The position numbers were made by a program, and so were the translations under genes. Below are positions 11,901-23,642 of a DNA stretch of 64,000 nt, one piece after another. Under the pieces are notes generated by a model. That model was given only the letters and a program-made list of their open reading frames with translations, ran no database searches and had not been told where the DNA came from. Position 1 is the stretch's first letter; each line of letters opens with the position of its first letter. The stretch is from Eledone cirrhosa (Eukaryota): assembly GCA_964016885.1 (NCBI GenBank), contig OZ024741.1, positions 47,864,001 to 47,928,000 on the forward strand, written 5' to 3'.

Positions 11901-13121
11901 AGACCAAAGTTCTAGTTTGTAGGAAAGAAAACAAGGCGGCGGTCCCTTCTGGGAAATGGTCGTGCTCGGTGTGTAGGAAAGGCGTAGGTAGAAACTCCAT
12001 TTTGTGTCCTAAATGCAAAGTATGGGTGCATAAAAGATGTAGTGGGATCACAGGTAAGCTAACTAAGAACATAGATTTTACATGTGGCCGGTGTTCTGGT
12101 GCAATAAGTAGCAGCAAGTGCCCACACAATACTAGCTCTTTCAATTGCGCAGAGGGTTCTATAGAAATAGTGGACAGCTTCCGTTACCTGGGCGATAAAA
12201 TCAGCAGTGGGGGAGGGTGCTCTGAAAGTACTGTAGCTAGAGTCAGAACTGGTTGGAAAAAGTTCAGAGAGCTTATACCACTATTAGCTGCTAAAGGGTT
12301 CTCCCTAAAAATGAAAGGCAGGTTGTACGATGCCTGCATACGAACAGCAATGTTGCATGGCAGTGAGACCTGGGCATTGTGTGCAGAGGATATACGCAGA
12401 CTAGAGAGGAACGAAGCTTGCATGCTCCGCTGGATGTGTAACAGTAATATACGTGAACGGCAAAGCATAAACGAACTAAGGAAAAAATTAGAGATAAGAG
12501 GGATCAGATGTTGTTTACTCGAGAGAAGGCTACGTTGGTATGGACACGTGATGCGCATGAAAGTCGATAGCTGTATAACAAAGTGCAGGGCAATAAAGAT
12601 AGACGGTAGCCACGGAATAGGCAGACCTAGAAAAACCTGGGACGAGCTGATAAACTCCGACCTCACACACTTACACCTCTCCAAGACAATGTCACTGGAC
12701 CGAGACCTTTGGCGGTACTCAGTAACAGAGAAGACCCGCCTTGCTAGTAGGCATCTCTAACAAAATACACCCCGTCCCACCACCACCACCCCCACCCCAT
12801 CCACACCACCCCGTCCTATGTAAAGTTATGTTGGTGCCGCGCCATCCGGGCCAAAACAAATGAGATCGTGTAGGTGTCACGACAAAAAAAACACACAGTC
12901 CACGCTGTAATGTGGCCGTGTAGGCAACACGGTAAAAACCTCCCAGACCCACACTGTAAATGTGGTTGGTGTTAGGAAGGGCATCCAACTGTAGAAAACC
13001 TGCCAGACAGTCCTATGCGAGCAAGACAATCACTCTTGCCTCAAGTGGGACTACCCCCGTCCAAACCCATGCAAGCGTGGAACACGGACGTTAAACGTTG
13101 ATGATGATGATGATGATGATG
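8515..13121 (+). mobile_element. Full-length RTE-clade LINE
   Basis: 5' UTR with a ~100-bp direct repeat (8517-8617 / 9188-9290), a single uninterrupted ORF, and a 3' UTR ending in (GAT)n; TA arrays on both flanks. Confidence 0.9.
9578..12760 (+). CDS. RTE LINE polyprotein: APE endonuclease + reverse transcriptase with internal PHD finger
   Basis: APE motifs GTINVGTL, CIQETRW, SAYAPQ, AGDLNGHVG, QVDYIL, SQHRLI; RT motifs NYRGIKL, QFGF, DLEKAFDRV, QGSVLSP, LYADD, FRYLG. First plausible ATG is 9578 (the track start at 9482 is TTG). Confidence 0.93.
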   Translation: MPMLKSNSPRGRECEHSSLFRPRMANITPSPPAPHHPHPPNAIQNFRVGTINVGTLKGRANEVVEMLERKEVDVCCIQETRWRGGSARFIEGKKRCYKLFWVGNDDGLGGVGIMVAEKWADKIIDVNRVNDRIIKIRLVLNRTTVTVISAYAPQSGLPGTIKDRFYETLMLTTSQISDSDYIIIAGDLNGHVGQHCDGYDEIHGGYGFGTRNEEGSRILEFCDANNLTICNTNFKKRDNHLITYRSGEHTSQVDYILTRRRDRVSVVNTKSLPHEECTSQHRLIISDLIVRSRRTRQQKRTILRRKIWKLKDPTAKNKFQNILLDAFDSKEEHLESDNIEGQWEFLKANLLLATDEVCGWSRPVGRRRVTWWWNSKVEESIKAKKQAWKVWRDGGSRVDYQVARREARREVYLARREAEERKFKHVLQRDDQKREVFRIARQCVKENRDIVGEKCVLNDDGILAITDTDKKAAWKCHYERLLNEENKWEKDSLPHVDPIEGPAVLVEGSIISKAIKDMKTGKAAGPSEIVAEMLKASGTVGHTMVTRIVNQVVQNGAVPKDWHSNIIVNCYKGKGDALDRSNYRGIKLIDQVMKVTEKVIAQLIRERIDLDEMQFGFVSGKSTTDALFIVRQLQEKYLAKGKPLYLAFVDLEKAFDRVPRSIIWWALRKLGVDEWLVRAIQAMYKETVSKVRINNEYSEEFSVKVGVHQGSVLSPLLFIIALQAITEEFKTGCPWELLYADDLTLIAESMAELEKKFQTWKHGLESKGLKINLAKTKVLVCRKENKAAVPSGKWSCSVCRKGVGRNSILCPKCKVWVHKRCSGITGKLTKNIDFTCGRCSGAISSSKCPHNTSSFNCAEGSIEIVDSFRYLGDKISSGGGCSESTVARVRTGWKKFRELIPLLAAKGFSLKMKGRLYDACIRTAMLHGSETWALCAEDIRRLERNEACMLRWMCNSNIRERQSINELRKKLEIRGIRCCLLERRLRWYGHVMRMKVDSCITKCRAIKIDGSHGIGRPRKTWDELINSDLTHLHLSKTMSLDRDLWRYSVTEKTRLASRHL

Positions 13122-13151
13122 ATATATACATATATCTATATATATATATAT

Positions 13152-13190
<39 letters not shown>

Positions 13191-13194
<4 letters not shown>

Positions 13195-13380
13195 AACGAG
13201 TAGGACCCCGACAGCTGAGCTCAAGCCGTTTCGACGGCTAATTCTGTCCAGAATTAGCTGTCGAAACGGCTTGAGCTCAGCTGTCGGGGTCCTACTCGTT
13301 CCTATTACTCACTCTACTACCCTAAGTATTGAGTACTTTGGTGCGTTATGGTCCACCTGGTTCCTTACCACATTTCCATC

Positions 13381-13381
<1 letters not shown>
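13191..13381. mobile_element. 56-bp hairpin plus tail, probable minimal PLE terminus
   Basis: Arms 13191-13246 / 13249-13304 with one mismatch and a 2-nt loop; contains CGAAAC; embedded in (TA)n. Confidence 0.6.
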
Positions 13382-13435
<54 letters not shown>

Positions 13436-13439
13436 TCTA

Positions 13440-13505
<66 letters not shown>

Positions 13506-13573
13506 CCTATATATATATATATATACATATACCTATATTTATATATATATATATATATATATACATATATCTA

Positions 13574-13611
<38 letters not shown>

Positions 13612-13614
<3 letters not shown>

Positions 13615-14858
13615 CGTTTCTGAATTTGTTCAGCAAGATTCTTTATCTGAAATCGTGTGTTGAAACCGATATTGTTATACTTTGGGAGGGTCATGTTGCC
13701 AATAAGAAACATTTGTGTCATTATTTACCACTTTTTCCCATTTGGTTCTGGCTCCTCTATACACTCTGAGTGTCAGAGTGTATAGAGGAGCCAGAACCAA
13801 ATGGGAAAAAATAGTAAATAATGACACAAATGGGACCTGCCCCTTGTATAGGAGCAAATTTTGGAATAGAATAGAAAGAACTAGGAATAAGGCTAATAGA
13901 ATAAACTCATGGTATGATAGCAATAAATACCAGAGTGTAATGTTCATCGATACAACCCCTAGAGGTGAATTAGCTTACAAATTTAGAAGGGCCCTAGATA
14001 AACATAAACTCAATATTAAGATAGTAGAAAGACCAGGTACCTCCGTAAAAACACTTATTAGCAAGACATACCCTTTCCAAAGACCCCCTGTATATATAAG
14101 AAATGTATAACCTGTAAAATAAGCCCCCATATTAACTGTAAAACTAGAAATGTAGTGTATAGCATAAGATGTACTGAAGGACAATGTAGAGACAAAAATA
14201 TAGTGTACATAGGTGAGACAGCTCGTAGTGTAAGGGAACGGATAAATGAACACTGGCGAGACCTTCAAGATAGTAAAGAATCATCTGTACTCTACCAACA
14301 TGCTAAAATAGAACATAAGGGTAAATTAGAGAACATAGAAATAAAAATAGAATCTACACACAGAAAAGACGCAATGTTTAGACAAATCACAGAGGCAATA
14401 AACATAAAAGAATTACAACCAAAATTAAATAGAAAATATGAGTGGAACAGCAACATCACAACTTACAATTAAGGACAAAATGAAAACACACACACACATA
14501 GAACAAACAACCAACCGGTAACATGTAAATAAACAAATAAATAAACAAATATAAACACACACAGACACCCGGATGTGGCGCATGCGCAGACTGAGCACAC
14601 AACACACACACAGAAACAAAATGGCGTAGGACAGAACAAAGGAAAGGCACAAAAACAAAAAAGAATCCCCAGTCACTGAAGAGGTCACAGAATGTGTGAC
14701 GAAAGAACTTTGACAATATATATAAACAACTATCTGGTTGTGGAACCAACCAACCAACCAACCAGAAATTTATAAATTTATTATAATAAATTGAAGTGAA
14801 AGCAACTAGTGCGTGTGTTTCTTATTGGCAACATGACCCTCCCAAAGTATAACAATAT
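13612..14858 (+). mobile_element. 5'-truncated PLE with inverted terminus and internal fold-back
   Basis: GIY-YIG ORF 14155-14472 (VYSIRC..VYIGETARSVRERINEH..ITEAINI..LNRK); terminal IR 13669-13711 / 14816-14858; hairpin 13710-13832. Confidence 0.85.
14672..14714 (+). ncRNA. Minimal hammerhead ribozyme motif in the PLE 3' region
   Basis: gtca-CTGAAGA-g-gtcaca/tgtgac-GAAA-gaac-TT-tgac. Confidence 0.7.
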
Positions 14859-14879
14859 ATATATATATACATATATCTA

Positions 14880-14926
<47 letters not shown>

Positions 14927-14969
14927 CTATCTATCTATATATATACATATATATATATACATATATCTA

Positions 14970-15029
<60 letters not shown>

Positions 15030-15039
15030 TATATATATA

Positions 15040-15585
15040 TACCATAGTATCTTGAATAAGGAAGGGTTGGAAGAAGTTTAGGGAGCTGCTTCCTCTGCTG
15101 ACGAAGAAGGGTTTCTCCCTGTGTACAAAAGGCCGGTTATATGATGCCTGTGTGAGGAGCACGATGCTGCATGGTAGTGGACATGGGCAGCAACTGCAGA
15201 GGATATGTGATGGCTGGAGAGAAATAAGGCAAGCATGCTCCATTGCATGTCCAATGTCAATGTGCATGAACGACCGAGCATGGATGTGTTGAGAGAGAAA
15301 CTGTGTCTGAGAGGGATAGATTGTAGTGTGCGAGAAAGGAGACTGCGGTGGTATGGACATGTGATGCGAATGGAGGATGACCGATGGGTGAAGAAGTGCC
15401 AGGAAATGCCAGTTAAAGGAAGACGTGGTTGAGGTAGACCACGAAAAACATGGGCGGAGGTGGTGAGAACAGACCTCAGATCATTGAAGCTCACGGTGGA
15501 GATGACGAGGGGCCGTGACGAGTGGAGAGATGCTGTGCTGAATAGGACCTGTCCCACCCTTGCAAGCAGGGAATAGCCTACGTAA

Positions 15586-15620
<35 letters not shown>
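15040..15620 (+). mobile_element. RTE LINE 3' fragment (second subfamily)
   Basis: [20 protein letters not shown]; tail cccacccttgcaagcaggg..(GAT)n. Confidence 0.85.
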
Positions 15621-15666
<46 letters not shown>

Positions 15667-15737
15667 TATATTTACATGTATATATATATGCATATATTTA
15701 CATGTATATATATATATATTTATATGCATATATATAT

Positions 15738-15796
<59 letters not shown>

Positions 15797-15856
15797 TTTA
15801 TATGCATATATATATATACATGTATATATATATATATGCATATATATACATATATA

Positions 15857-16718
15857 TCATCATCATCATCTTCGTTTAACGTCCATTTTCCACACTAGCA
15901 TGGGTTAGACGGGAGTTGTCCCACTTGAGGCAAGGTTGGTCGGGTGACCGTGTCTCGCTCATATAGGACTGTCTGGCAGGTTTTCTACGGCTGGATGCCC
16001 TTCCTAACACCAGCCACATTACAGCGTGGACTGTGTGTTTTTTTCTCGTGACACCTACACGATCTCGATCTCGATCTCATTTATCTCATTTATTTGGACT
16101 GGATGTTGTGGTACCAACTTTATAGAGAGAGGGTGGTGTTGGTGGGAGTGGGAGGATAGGGTAGGGGTAGTGGATTGGGGTGTATATTTGGTTAAGAGGT
16201 GCCTATGACTGTAGGGTTTGCTTTGTACATAGGCAAGGCGGGTCTTCTGTATTACTGCGTAGCGCCAAAGATCTCGGTCCAGTGACATTGTTTTAGAGAG
16301 GTGTAAGTGAAGTCAGAATTTATCAAGTCATCCCAGGTTTTTCTGTGTCTACCTACTCCGTAACACCATCAATTTTGATCGCCCTGCACTTTTTTTATAC
16401 AGCTGTCGTCTTTCATGCGCATCACGTGGCCATACCAACGTAGTCTTCTCTCGAGTAAACAGCATCTGATCCCTCTTATTCCTAATTTCTCACTTAGTTC
16501 ATTTATGCTTTGCCGTTCACGTATATTACTATTACACATCCAACGGAACATGCATGCTTCATTCCTTTCCAGTCTATGCAGGTCCTCTGCACGCATTGCC
16601 CATGTCTCACTGCCATGTCGCATTGCTGTTCGTATACAAGCATCATACAATCTGCCTTTCATTTTTAGAGAGAAACCTTTTGTGGCCAACAGCAGTATAA
16701 GCTCTCTGAACTTTTTCC
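15857..16718 (-). mobile_element. RTE LINE 3' fragment
   Basis: ORF 16369-16689 homologous to the RT C-terminus; 3' UTR and (CAT)n. Confidence 0.85.
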
Positions 16719-16988
16719 ATCACTCAGCTGTAGAAATGAGATGATAGGACTGGGGTCCATATCATTCCACTGCAAAGTGGTCGTGGAGGTGCCACGGCAA
16801 AAAAGCACCCAGCACTCACTGTAAATGAGGTTGGTGTTAGGAAGGGCAACCAGCTGTAGAAATCAAGCCAGAATCAGTTCCCGTATGAGCAAGACAAGGT
16901 CAGCCGACCGGACACTGTCCACAACAGGACAACCCATCTAACCCATGCTAGTGTGGAAGAATGAACGTAAAACGGTGATGATGATGAT
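16719..16988 (+). mobile_element. 3' portion of the CORE-type SINE
   Basis: actcagctgtagaaatgag.. body matches the SINEs at 1020 and 63725; (GAT)n end. Confidence 0.75.
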
Positions 16989-17199
16989 ATATACACATAT
17001 ATATATATGTGTGTGTATATATGTATGTATGTATAGATATATATATATATTGGAAAATGTGTGAAATCCTCGGTACAGTTAGGTATATTTTATAATATTA
17101 TAATATTATAAAATTAAATCAAATTGTTTAGAACTAAAAGTGAAATCATTCTTTTCCTTTTTTCAAATATATATATATATATATCCTATATACCACTTA

Positions 17200-19330
17200 G
17201 ACCAGCCACTCTCTCCACTGCCTATCAACCGAAAGCTTACCTCAAACTTTTCAGACTTAGGCAGTCTATTTTTAGCATATTACTAAAACATAAGAAGGTA
17301 CTTCTTAACCATTCCAGGAAAGAACACCTCTTTCTAAACAACATGTTAGAGAAGGACCTTGTATACCTCCCCAGTGACAAAGGGGAAACAATTCTGTTTC
17401 ATCTTGAGGGACACATACAACAGCTTGGCATATGAGCACCTTAACAACGGTGAACTATATACTAAAGTGACAGGCATAGCTGCATCTCAGATTGAAGATC
17501 ACATCAACACCACCTAGATGGATATCAACAGACGTAGACAACTCCCAAACAAATATAAAAACAACCTCACCACCAGAAACAGCTGACTACCAACGTTCTA
17601 CTACCTTCTTAAAACCCACAAAATCAGTGTTAATCTACAGATTAGACCAATTGTTTCAACTATAGAAGGACTCCTCTATAAAATCTCCTGGTTCCTCTCC
17701 CAGATCCTCAAGCCCATGCTTGCTACTTTTACTGGACATGTCAGCAGCTCCAATGAAGCCATACAAAGACTACATCAACTACCACCTAACCAACTTAAAC
17801 TCAACAGATATGCTTTTAGCCTTGAGACAGTACTGGCTCATCCAGCAGTCATCCTAGTGACTGACTGCATCATTTCATGCAACATATACTGCTTCGACCT
17901 CACTCCACAAGACATACATCAGCTTCTATCTGTCATCGTAGAAAATACATATTTCACTTTCTACTACCACACATACAAACAAACAACAGGCCTACCCATG
18001 AGGTCCAATTTTTCAGGTCTTCTAGCCATCACCTATTTAAGCCAACAGGAACGTCGAGCGCTCAACACCTGCCGCTCCATTGTTTTCTTCACCCGATACC
18101 TAGATGATATACTCATTCTCACATCATCCCATGAAGAGGCTGACATAATATTTACAACATTTTCAAACACAGATAACAACATACGATTTACCACAGAACA
18201 CCCTGATAAAAATGGTTCCTTGTCTCTGCTGGACTTCCAACTTAGAATAACAGAAGAATGTACTATATCCACCAACTTCTATAGGAAAGCTGCCAGCAGA
18301 GACCTGTTTGTGCATTATAGATCAGCCCTTTCCCTTGGTTCTAAAACCGGATACATAAGAAATGAACTTATGTGTATCTGGAATAAATGTAGCAAGACAG
18401 AGGACCAGATCACTTACACTGCACACTTCATAGATGTACTGAAGACGAACGGACACCCAACATCCACAGTGAATCAACTTAAGAATCGAAGGTGCCGCAG
18501 TCATAAGACCTCCTCTAACGCCTGCTTCATGAAATTACCACATTTCAGCGAAAGCATAACCATAGCTATCCACAGAGCTATCCGTAAAGAAGGACTGGAC
18601 ATACAATTAGCACACTCTGGCTCGTCACTGTGTGGATACCTGTCTAAAAAGCAATCCAGAGACAACAACAATCAATACTCTCTGACTAACTGCCCTATCG
18701 CCGATACAGGTGTGTGCCAGTGGACACATGGTATACCGGATTGAATGCAACAAATGTGAGGAGTTCTACATTGGTAGCATTACTGGAGCACTCCACACCC
18801 ACATTAAAGAACACCTCAACACATGCATCCTCAGTCAAAAAACGCACTGACAAATGTAGAAACATCAACCAACATATTACTGTTACCATTAAAGCCAGTG
18901 TTAGAAATGTGGGCAACTTAAGAATTAAGGAAGCCTTGCTCATACGTAGACTCAACCCGCAAATAAATAATAAATTAGCATGTAGTACTTGACACAAAAA
19001 GACACACCCACAGGCACACAAACTAAACATCTCATACAAAAAAGAAAATTGATTTCACAAAATACTATATTGGCAATTGACGTCATTCATGTGGAAAGCG
19101 AAATAACCATAAAAAAAACGGTTGAAAACGACTTAGAAAAAATTTAACTAAAAATCAAAATTTAATCCCAAAGAGAGGAAATTGGAACATTATCCACTGA
19201 AAGTTCCTTAAATCCTGAAGAAGGACTTTTAGGTCCTGAAATATTGGACACATAAAAGAACAAAAAAACAAAACAAAAAAAAATCAAAGATTTACGAAGT
19301 AACTTACTTTTACTTTTCGTTACCTCATCT
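17200..19330 (+). mobile_element. Degenerate near-full-length Penelope-like element (RT + GIY-YIG)
   Basis: LPSDKG, RPIVS, GLPMRSNFSGLLA, RYLDDIL, LSLLDF, FYRK and HYRSAL motifs; frameshifted VYRIECNKCEEFYIGS..IKEHL; hammerhead near 19211-19250. Confidence 0.88.
19211..19250 (+). ncRNA. Minimal hammerhead ribozyme motif
   Basis: CTGAAGA-aggac/gtcct stem II-GAAA-tatt; stem I is weak. Confidence 0.55.
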
Positions 19331-19660
19331 TACAGTCCATTTTTGCATTATCTAGCCTTCTATCTCTTTCAACGTTGTATATGTATGTGTATATATATGT
19401 AAATATATATATATGTAAATACGTATATATATGTAAATTGTATATATATGTGTATATCCAAACCCATGCAAGCGTGGAACAGGGACGTTAAACGATGATG
19501 ATGATGATGATGATGATGATATGTAAATATATATATATGTAAATACGTATATGCTGAGATGCAACCGGAAACTCTGGCACTTGTCATAACATTACTTATT
19601 GAGTACGCTGAGATGCAACTGGTACTAGCAGGAAAACTCATGCTAGTCCCATCAACTTAT

Positions 19661-19691
<31 letters not shown>

Positions 19692-20224
19692 ATATATATG
19701 TATAAATATGGAGGAGAAGGCAATACATTTAAAAACAAGATTTACTTGTTACACTGTGTTTCATCTAAAAGTACAATTACAATACAAGTCGACATATATG
19801 TGTGGGACCCGAGAGTATACATTCATACATATATGTTTGTGTGTGAATAAAATGTAAGGCAAAAATGTGTGAGGGCAGAGTTTCACATAATGTGTATATG
19901 TATTTGTTGATATTATTTATTATATTGAGTGAAATTAATCTTTAATAACAAATTCCTCTAGCCATTGCTCAGATTGTAACATATAGACATATTTCTATAT
20001 ACTAATAAGTGAGCTTGAACGAGGTTTTTCACTCAATTTTCATTGTTCATTTTTTCTAGAAACATGTATAAGAGAGATAGAATATCTTAAATGTATCTAT
20101 CTTGGATTATTATCGATATTATATATATATATATATGTGAGCCCCAGGTTCAATTGGGGGTAACCACAGTAAGTAACGTACTCAATACATTAGTAGAGTA
20201 TATGTAACAAAATTTAATATAGAA

Positions 20225-20280
20225 ATGGCTTCTACAGGACTAGAACTGTTTCAATAAAAGGAAATCATCAGGAAAGCCAT
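20225..20280 (-). ncRNA. Hammerhead ribozyme motif in an isolated PLE terminus (20138-20280)
   Basis: Minus strand atggctttc-CTGATGA-..-GAAAC..GTC-..gaagccat; stem II is poor. Confidence 0.5.
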
Positions 20281-20282
20281 AT

Positions 20283-21460
20283 ATCATCATCATCATTTTA
20301 CGTCCGCTTTTCCCTGCTTGCAAGGGTAGGACGAGTCTTATTCAGCACAGTATCTCTCCACTTGTCACAGTCCTTCGTCATCTCCACCGTGAGCTTCAGC
20401 GATCTGAGGTCTGTTCTCACCACCTCCGCCCATGTTTTTCGTGGTCTACCTCTACCACATCTTCCTTCAACTGGCATTTCCTGGCACTTCTTCACCCATC
20501 GGTCGTCCTCCATGCGCATCACATGTCCATACCACCGCAGTCGCCTCTCTCATACACTACATTCTATCCCTCTCAGACACAGTTTCTCTCTCAACACATT
20601 CATTGCACATCCAACGGAGCATGCTTGCCTTATTTCTCTCCAGCCGTCGCATATCCTCTGCAGTTGCTGCCCATGTCCACTACCATGCAGCATCGTGCTC
20701 CTCACACAGGCATCATATAACCGGCCTTTCGTACGCAGGGAGAAACCCTTCATCGTCAGCAGAGGAAGCAGCTCCCTAAACTTCTTCCAACCCGTCCTTA
20801 TTCTAGATATTATGGCCTCGGAACAGCCCCCTCCCATGCTAATCTGATCTCCTAGGTACCGGAAGCTATGCACCTGCCTGCATTTGAAAAATGTGTCTAT
20901 CAATGAGACTTCTACTGTCTAATTTCCCTGTACATATACTGCATACGTATTTCTCCCTACCTGTTAGTTTGCCTGCTATCCCACTACATCTCTTGTGTAC
21001 CCAGGATCTGCATTGTGTGCATTTTATAGAATTTATGCCAGTTCCTTTTCTGCATATCGAACATGGCCATTTCCCTGACGGAATCAGAGTTTTGTCCTCT
21101 TTTCTACTCATCAACACTTTTGTCTTAGCTAGATTCACTCTCAGTCCTCTTGCTTCCAACTGCTGTTTCCATAGCCAAAATTTATTCTCTAGCTCCTCTA
21201 CTGATTCTGCTATAAGAACCAGATCATCAGCATAGAGAAGTTCCCATGGACAGCCAGTCTTAAACTCCTCTGTTATGGCTTGGAGGACTATAATGAACAA
21301 GAGCGGGCTGAGGACCGAACCTTGATGTACTCCTACTTGTATCTGGAATTCCTCACTAAACTCCATTCCTACCCTGACTTTACTGACAGCACCTCTGTAC
21401 AAAGTTTGCACTGTCCTCACAAGCCATTCCTCAACACCTAGTTTCCTTAGTGACCACACA
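20283..21460 (-). mobile_element. 5'-truncated RTE LINE (second subfamily) with PHD finger
   Basis: ORFs 20866-21459, 20550-20903 and 20298-20522: QGSVLSP, LYADD, CSICRKG..CTQC..HKRC..CSIC. Confidence 0.9.
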
Positions 21461-21577
21461 TATATATATATATATATTCCTTAGGGACCATATATATATA
21501 TATATATATATGGAAGAACGGACGTAAAACGGTGATGATGATGATATATATATATATATATATGATGTGTGTGTATA

Positions 21578-21619
<42 letters not shown>

Positions 21620-21820
21620 CACAGTTCTCCTTTTCAGGTAGTGTTTTCAATGCTCAGAGAGTGGGATTAGTCGAGTACAAGACTTTCTCCATTTAAAAAA
21701 CCTTCAAAGCACAGGCATTGCTTGTTCAGGTTCTGTTACAGGTTTGTGTGGCTGAACTAAAAGTGCACTGAACTCTATAATCTGACAAGCAATTACAATA
21801 CTCTTAGCAGAGTTTGCAGC

Positions 21821-21867
<47 letters not shown>

Positions 21868-22862
21868 TAAAATAACAGATTAAAGTTTAAGTAAAGAATC
21901 GCTGCTTTCACCCTTAACGGGATCGTCTGAAACTAACAAAGTCAATCTGTAAATGCAGAACTGGATATTTCAAAAAATGTTGCAACCGGAGGAAGACAGG
22001 AAGATGATACTTTGGTTCGTGGTAACGTTCGCTGGCAAAGAAAGGAAAAAAACGAATAATACGTCATTAATAGGAGCGGTGAAAAACAATTACGCGCAAA
22101 GACAAAACCACGTTTATGGTATAAAAGAGGTTGTAGACTAATGTTCTCTTAGGTGGTGCATAGAGACGTTCTCTGGCAATGAACGAAAAAACGAAGATAA
22201 TAAGTCATATGTGGAGCGTGGAGAACAAAAGCACGCAAAGACAAAACCACGTAAATGGTATAGCAGAAGTCGTAGACTAAAATTCTAACTAGGAGACCAA
22301 ATGAATCTCCGCTACAGAGTTAAGAACAAAGTAAATAAATACAATACAGAAGTAATAGAAACAAATAAATACATACACGCAAACAGATACGTACATACAC
22401 AAGCATACGCAAAACCTTACCATAGGTATACAAAACCACGCACATATAAATATGTGTGTGTGTGTATGCTTGTGTACAAATAAATAAATAATTATATAAA
22501 CGTATATAAGTAAATAAATACGTATATAACAAGCGCACACACATACCTACATATAAATACACGGATGTTCGGAGATGTAAGTCAACTAAAACAAGAAGTA
22601 CACATATACACACACCCACCATACGTACGAACCTGCATACTCACTCGGACGCAAAACTCCCGTATACACATAGCCAAACCCTAAATACCAGTATATGTAA
22701 AAATGATACGCCATAACAGTCAAATATACGTACGAGAAGGTATACATACCTTCACAAAACATATGGGTAATATATACTTACCTATGCAAATAAGTAAAGG
22801 AATAAACAAAACATATACTTAGCTCCCACATCAAGACGTAAAATATCCACGTATAGATCGTG

Positions 22863-23642
22863 CTATCCGTTAGGGTATAACGTGGGGCTATAATACAGGA
22901 AAGTTTTGTGCAATTTATGTTTACAAGCCGAAATTGCATCAGATTTTTTGTTTAAGATGTGGTCTGTAGCGTAGAGTATTTCCAGGGCCTCAGCGGCGCA
23001 GAGGTCACATGGTCTTTTATTTCCGTTATATGATCTAGCCCTAGCTAGGATCTCCCAGTGTAACTTATATTGGGTGTGGTTGTCTTTTAGACTCCAGATA
23101 TAAGCTGAAAGTGACGTCATATTCCTTCTTAGAGGGTAACGAAAAGAATGGGTATGCATGTAAAGACTCTGCTTGAAACTATTGGCGGTTAACCCTATGT
23201 AGGCCCTACGGGACGTGGGTCTTACAACCTTACATTTGTAGACAATGTTACTAGAGAGGCATTTCCCGGATAGGGGGCAATCAGCCCGATTCCTACAATT
23301 ACAGTTAGTACTAACTACAGGGTTGCACGTGTTCCTACGGCTAGGTAGTTTAGCTAAATTTGAAGCTGTGATGTTATGTGCAAGGTTAGGAGTCGTAGAG
23401 TAAGAAATTTTAATAGTATTTCTATTAAAAATTTTACTATATTTATGTGTAGGGGGAAAATGCTTCGTAATAAGGGAAAGAAAGATCTTAGCTAATGGTG
23501 TGGCCACCTCCATATTATATGGTGGGTTAAACCAACAAATGCGACGGGATCTATTTCTTCTAGGTCTATTTTCATACTCTGTATATGCTACCTTATCGAC
23601 AAATCCACTTCGAGGAAGAGCTTCATTGTAATAAGTGAAATG
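22863..23642 (-). CDS. PLE ORF C-terminal part (RT thumb end, WFNPPY linker, Cys cluster, GIY-YIG endonuclease); Naiad-like
   Basis: Frame stays open upstream of 23513 (YYNEALPRSGF..RICWFNPPYN); CNCRNRADCPLSGKC, VYKC..YIGLT..SFK, CDLCAAE and CKH motifs. Confidence 0.85.
   Translation of the reverse strand, partial: HFTYYNEALPRSGFVDKVAYTEYENRPRRNRSRRICWFNPPYNMEVATPLAKIFLSLITKHFPPTHKYSKIFNRNTIKISYSTTPNLAHNITASNLAKLPSRRNTCNPVVSTNCNCRNRADCPLSGKCLSSNIVYKCKVVRPTSRRAYIGLTANSFKQSLYMHTHSFRYPLRRNMTSLSAYIWSLKDNHTQYKLHWEILARARSYNGNKRPCDLCAAEALEILYATDHILNKKSDAISACKHKLHKTFLYYSPTLYPNG

Noticed and set aside
11743-12684. Antisense ORFs over the LINE copies
   Set aside because: Shadows of the RT frame with no independent motifs.
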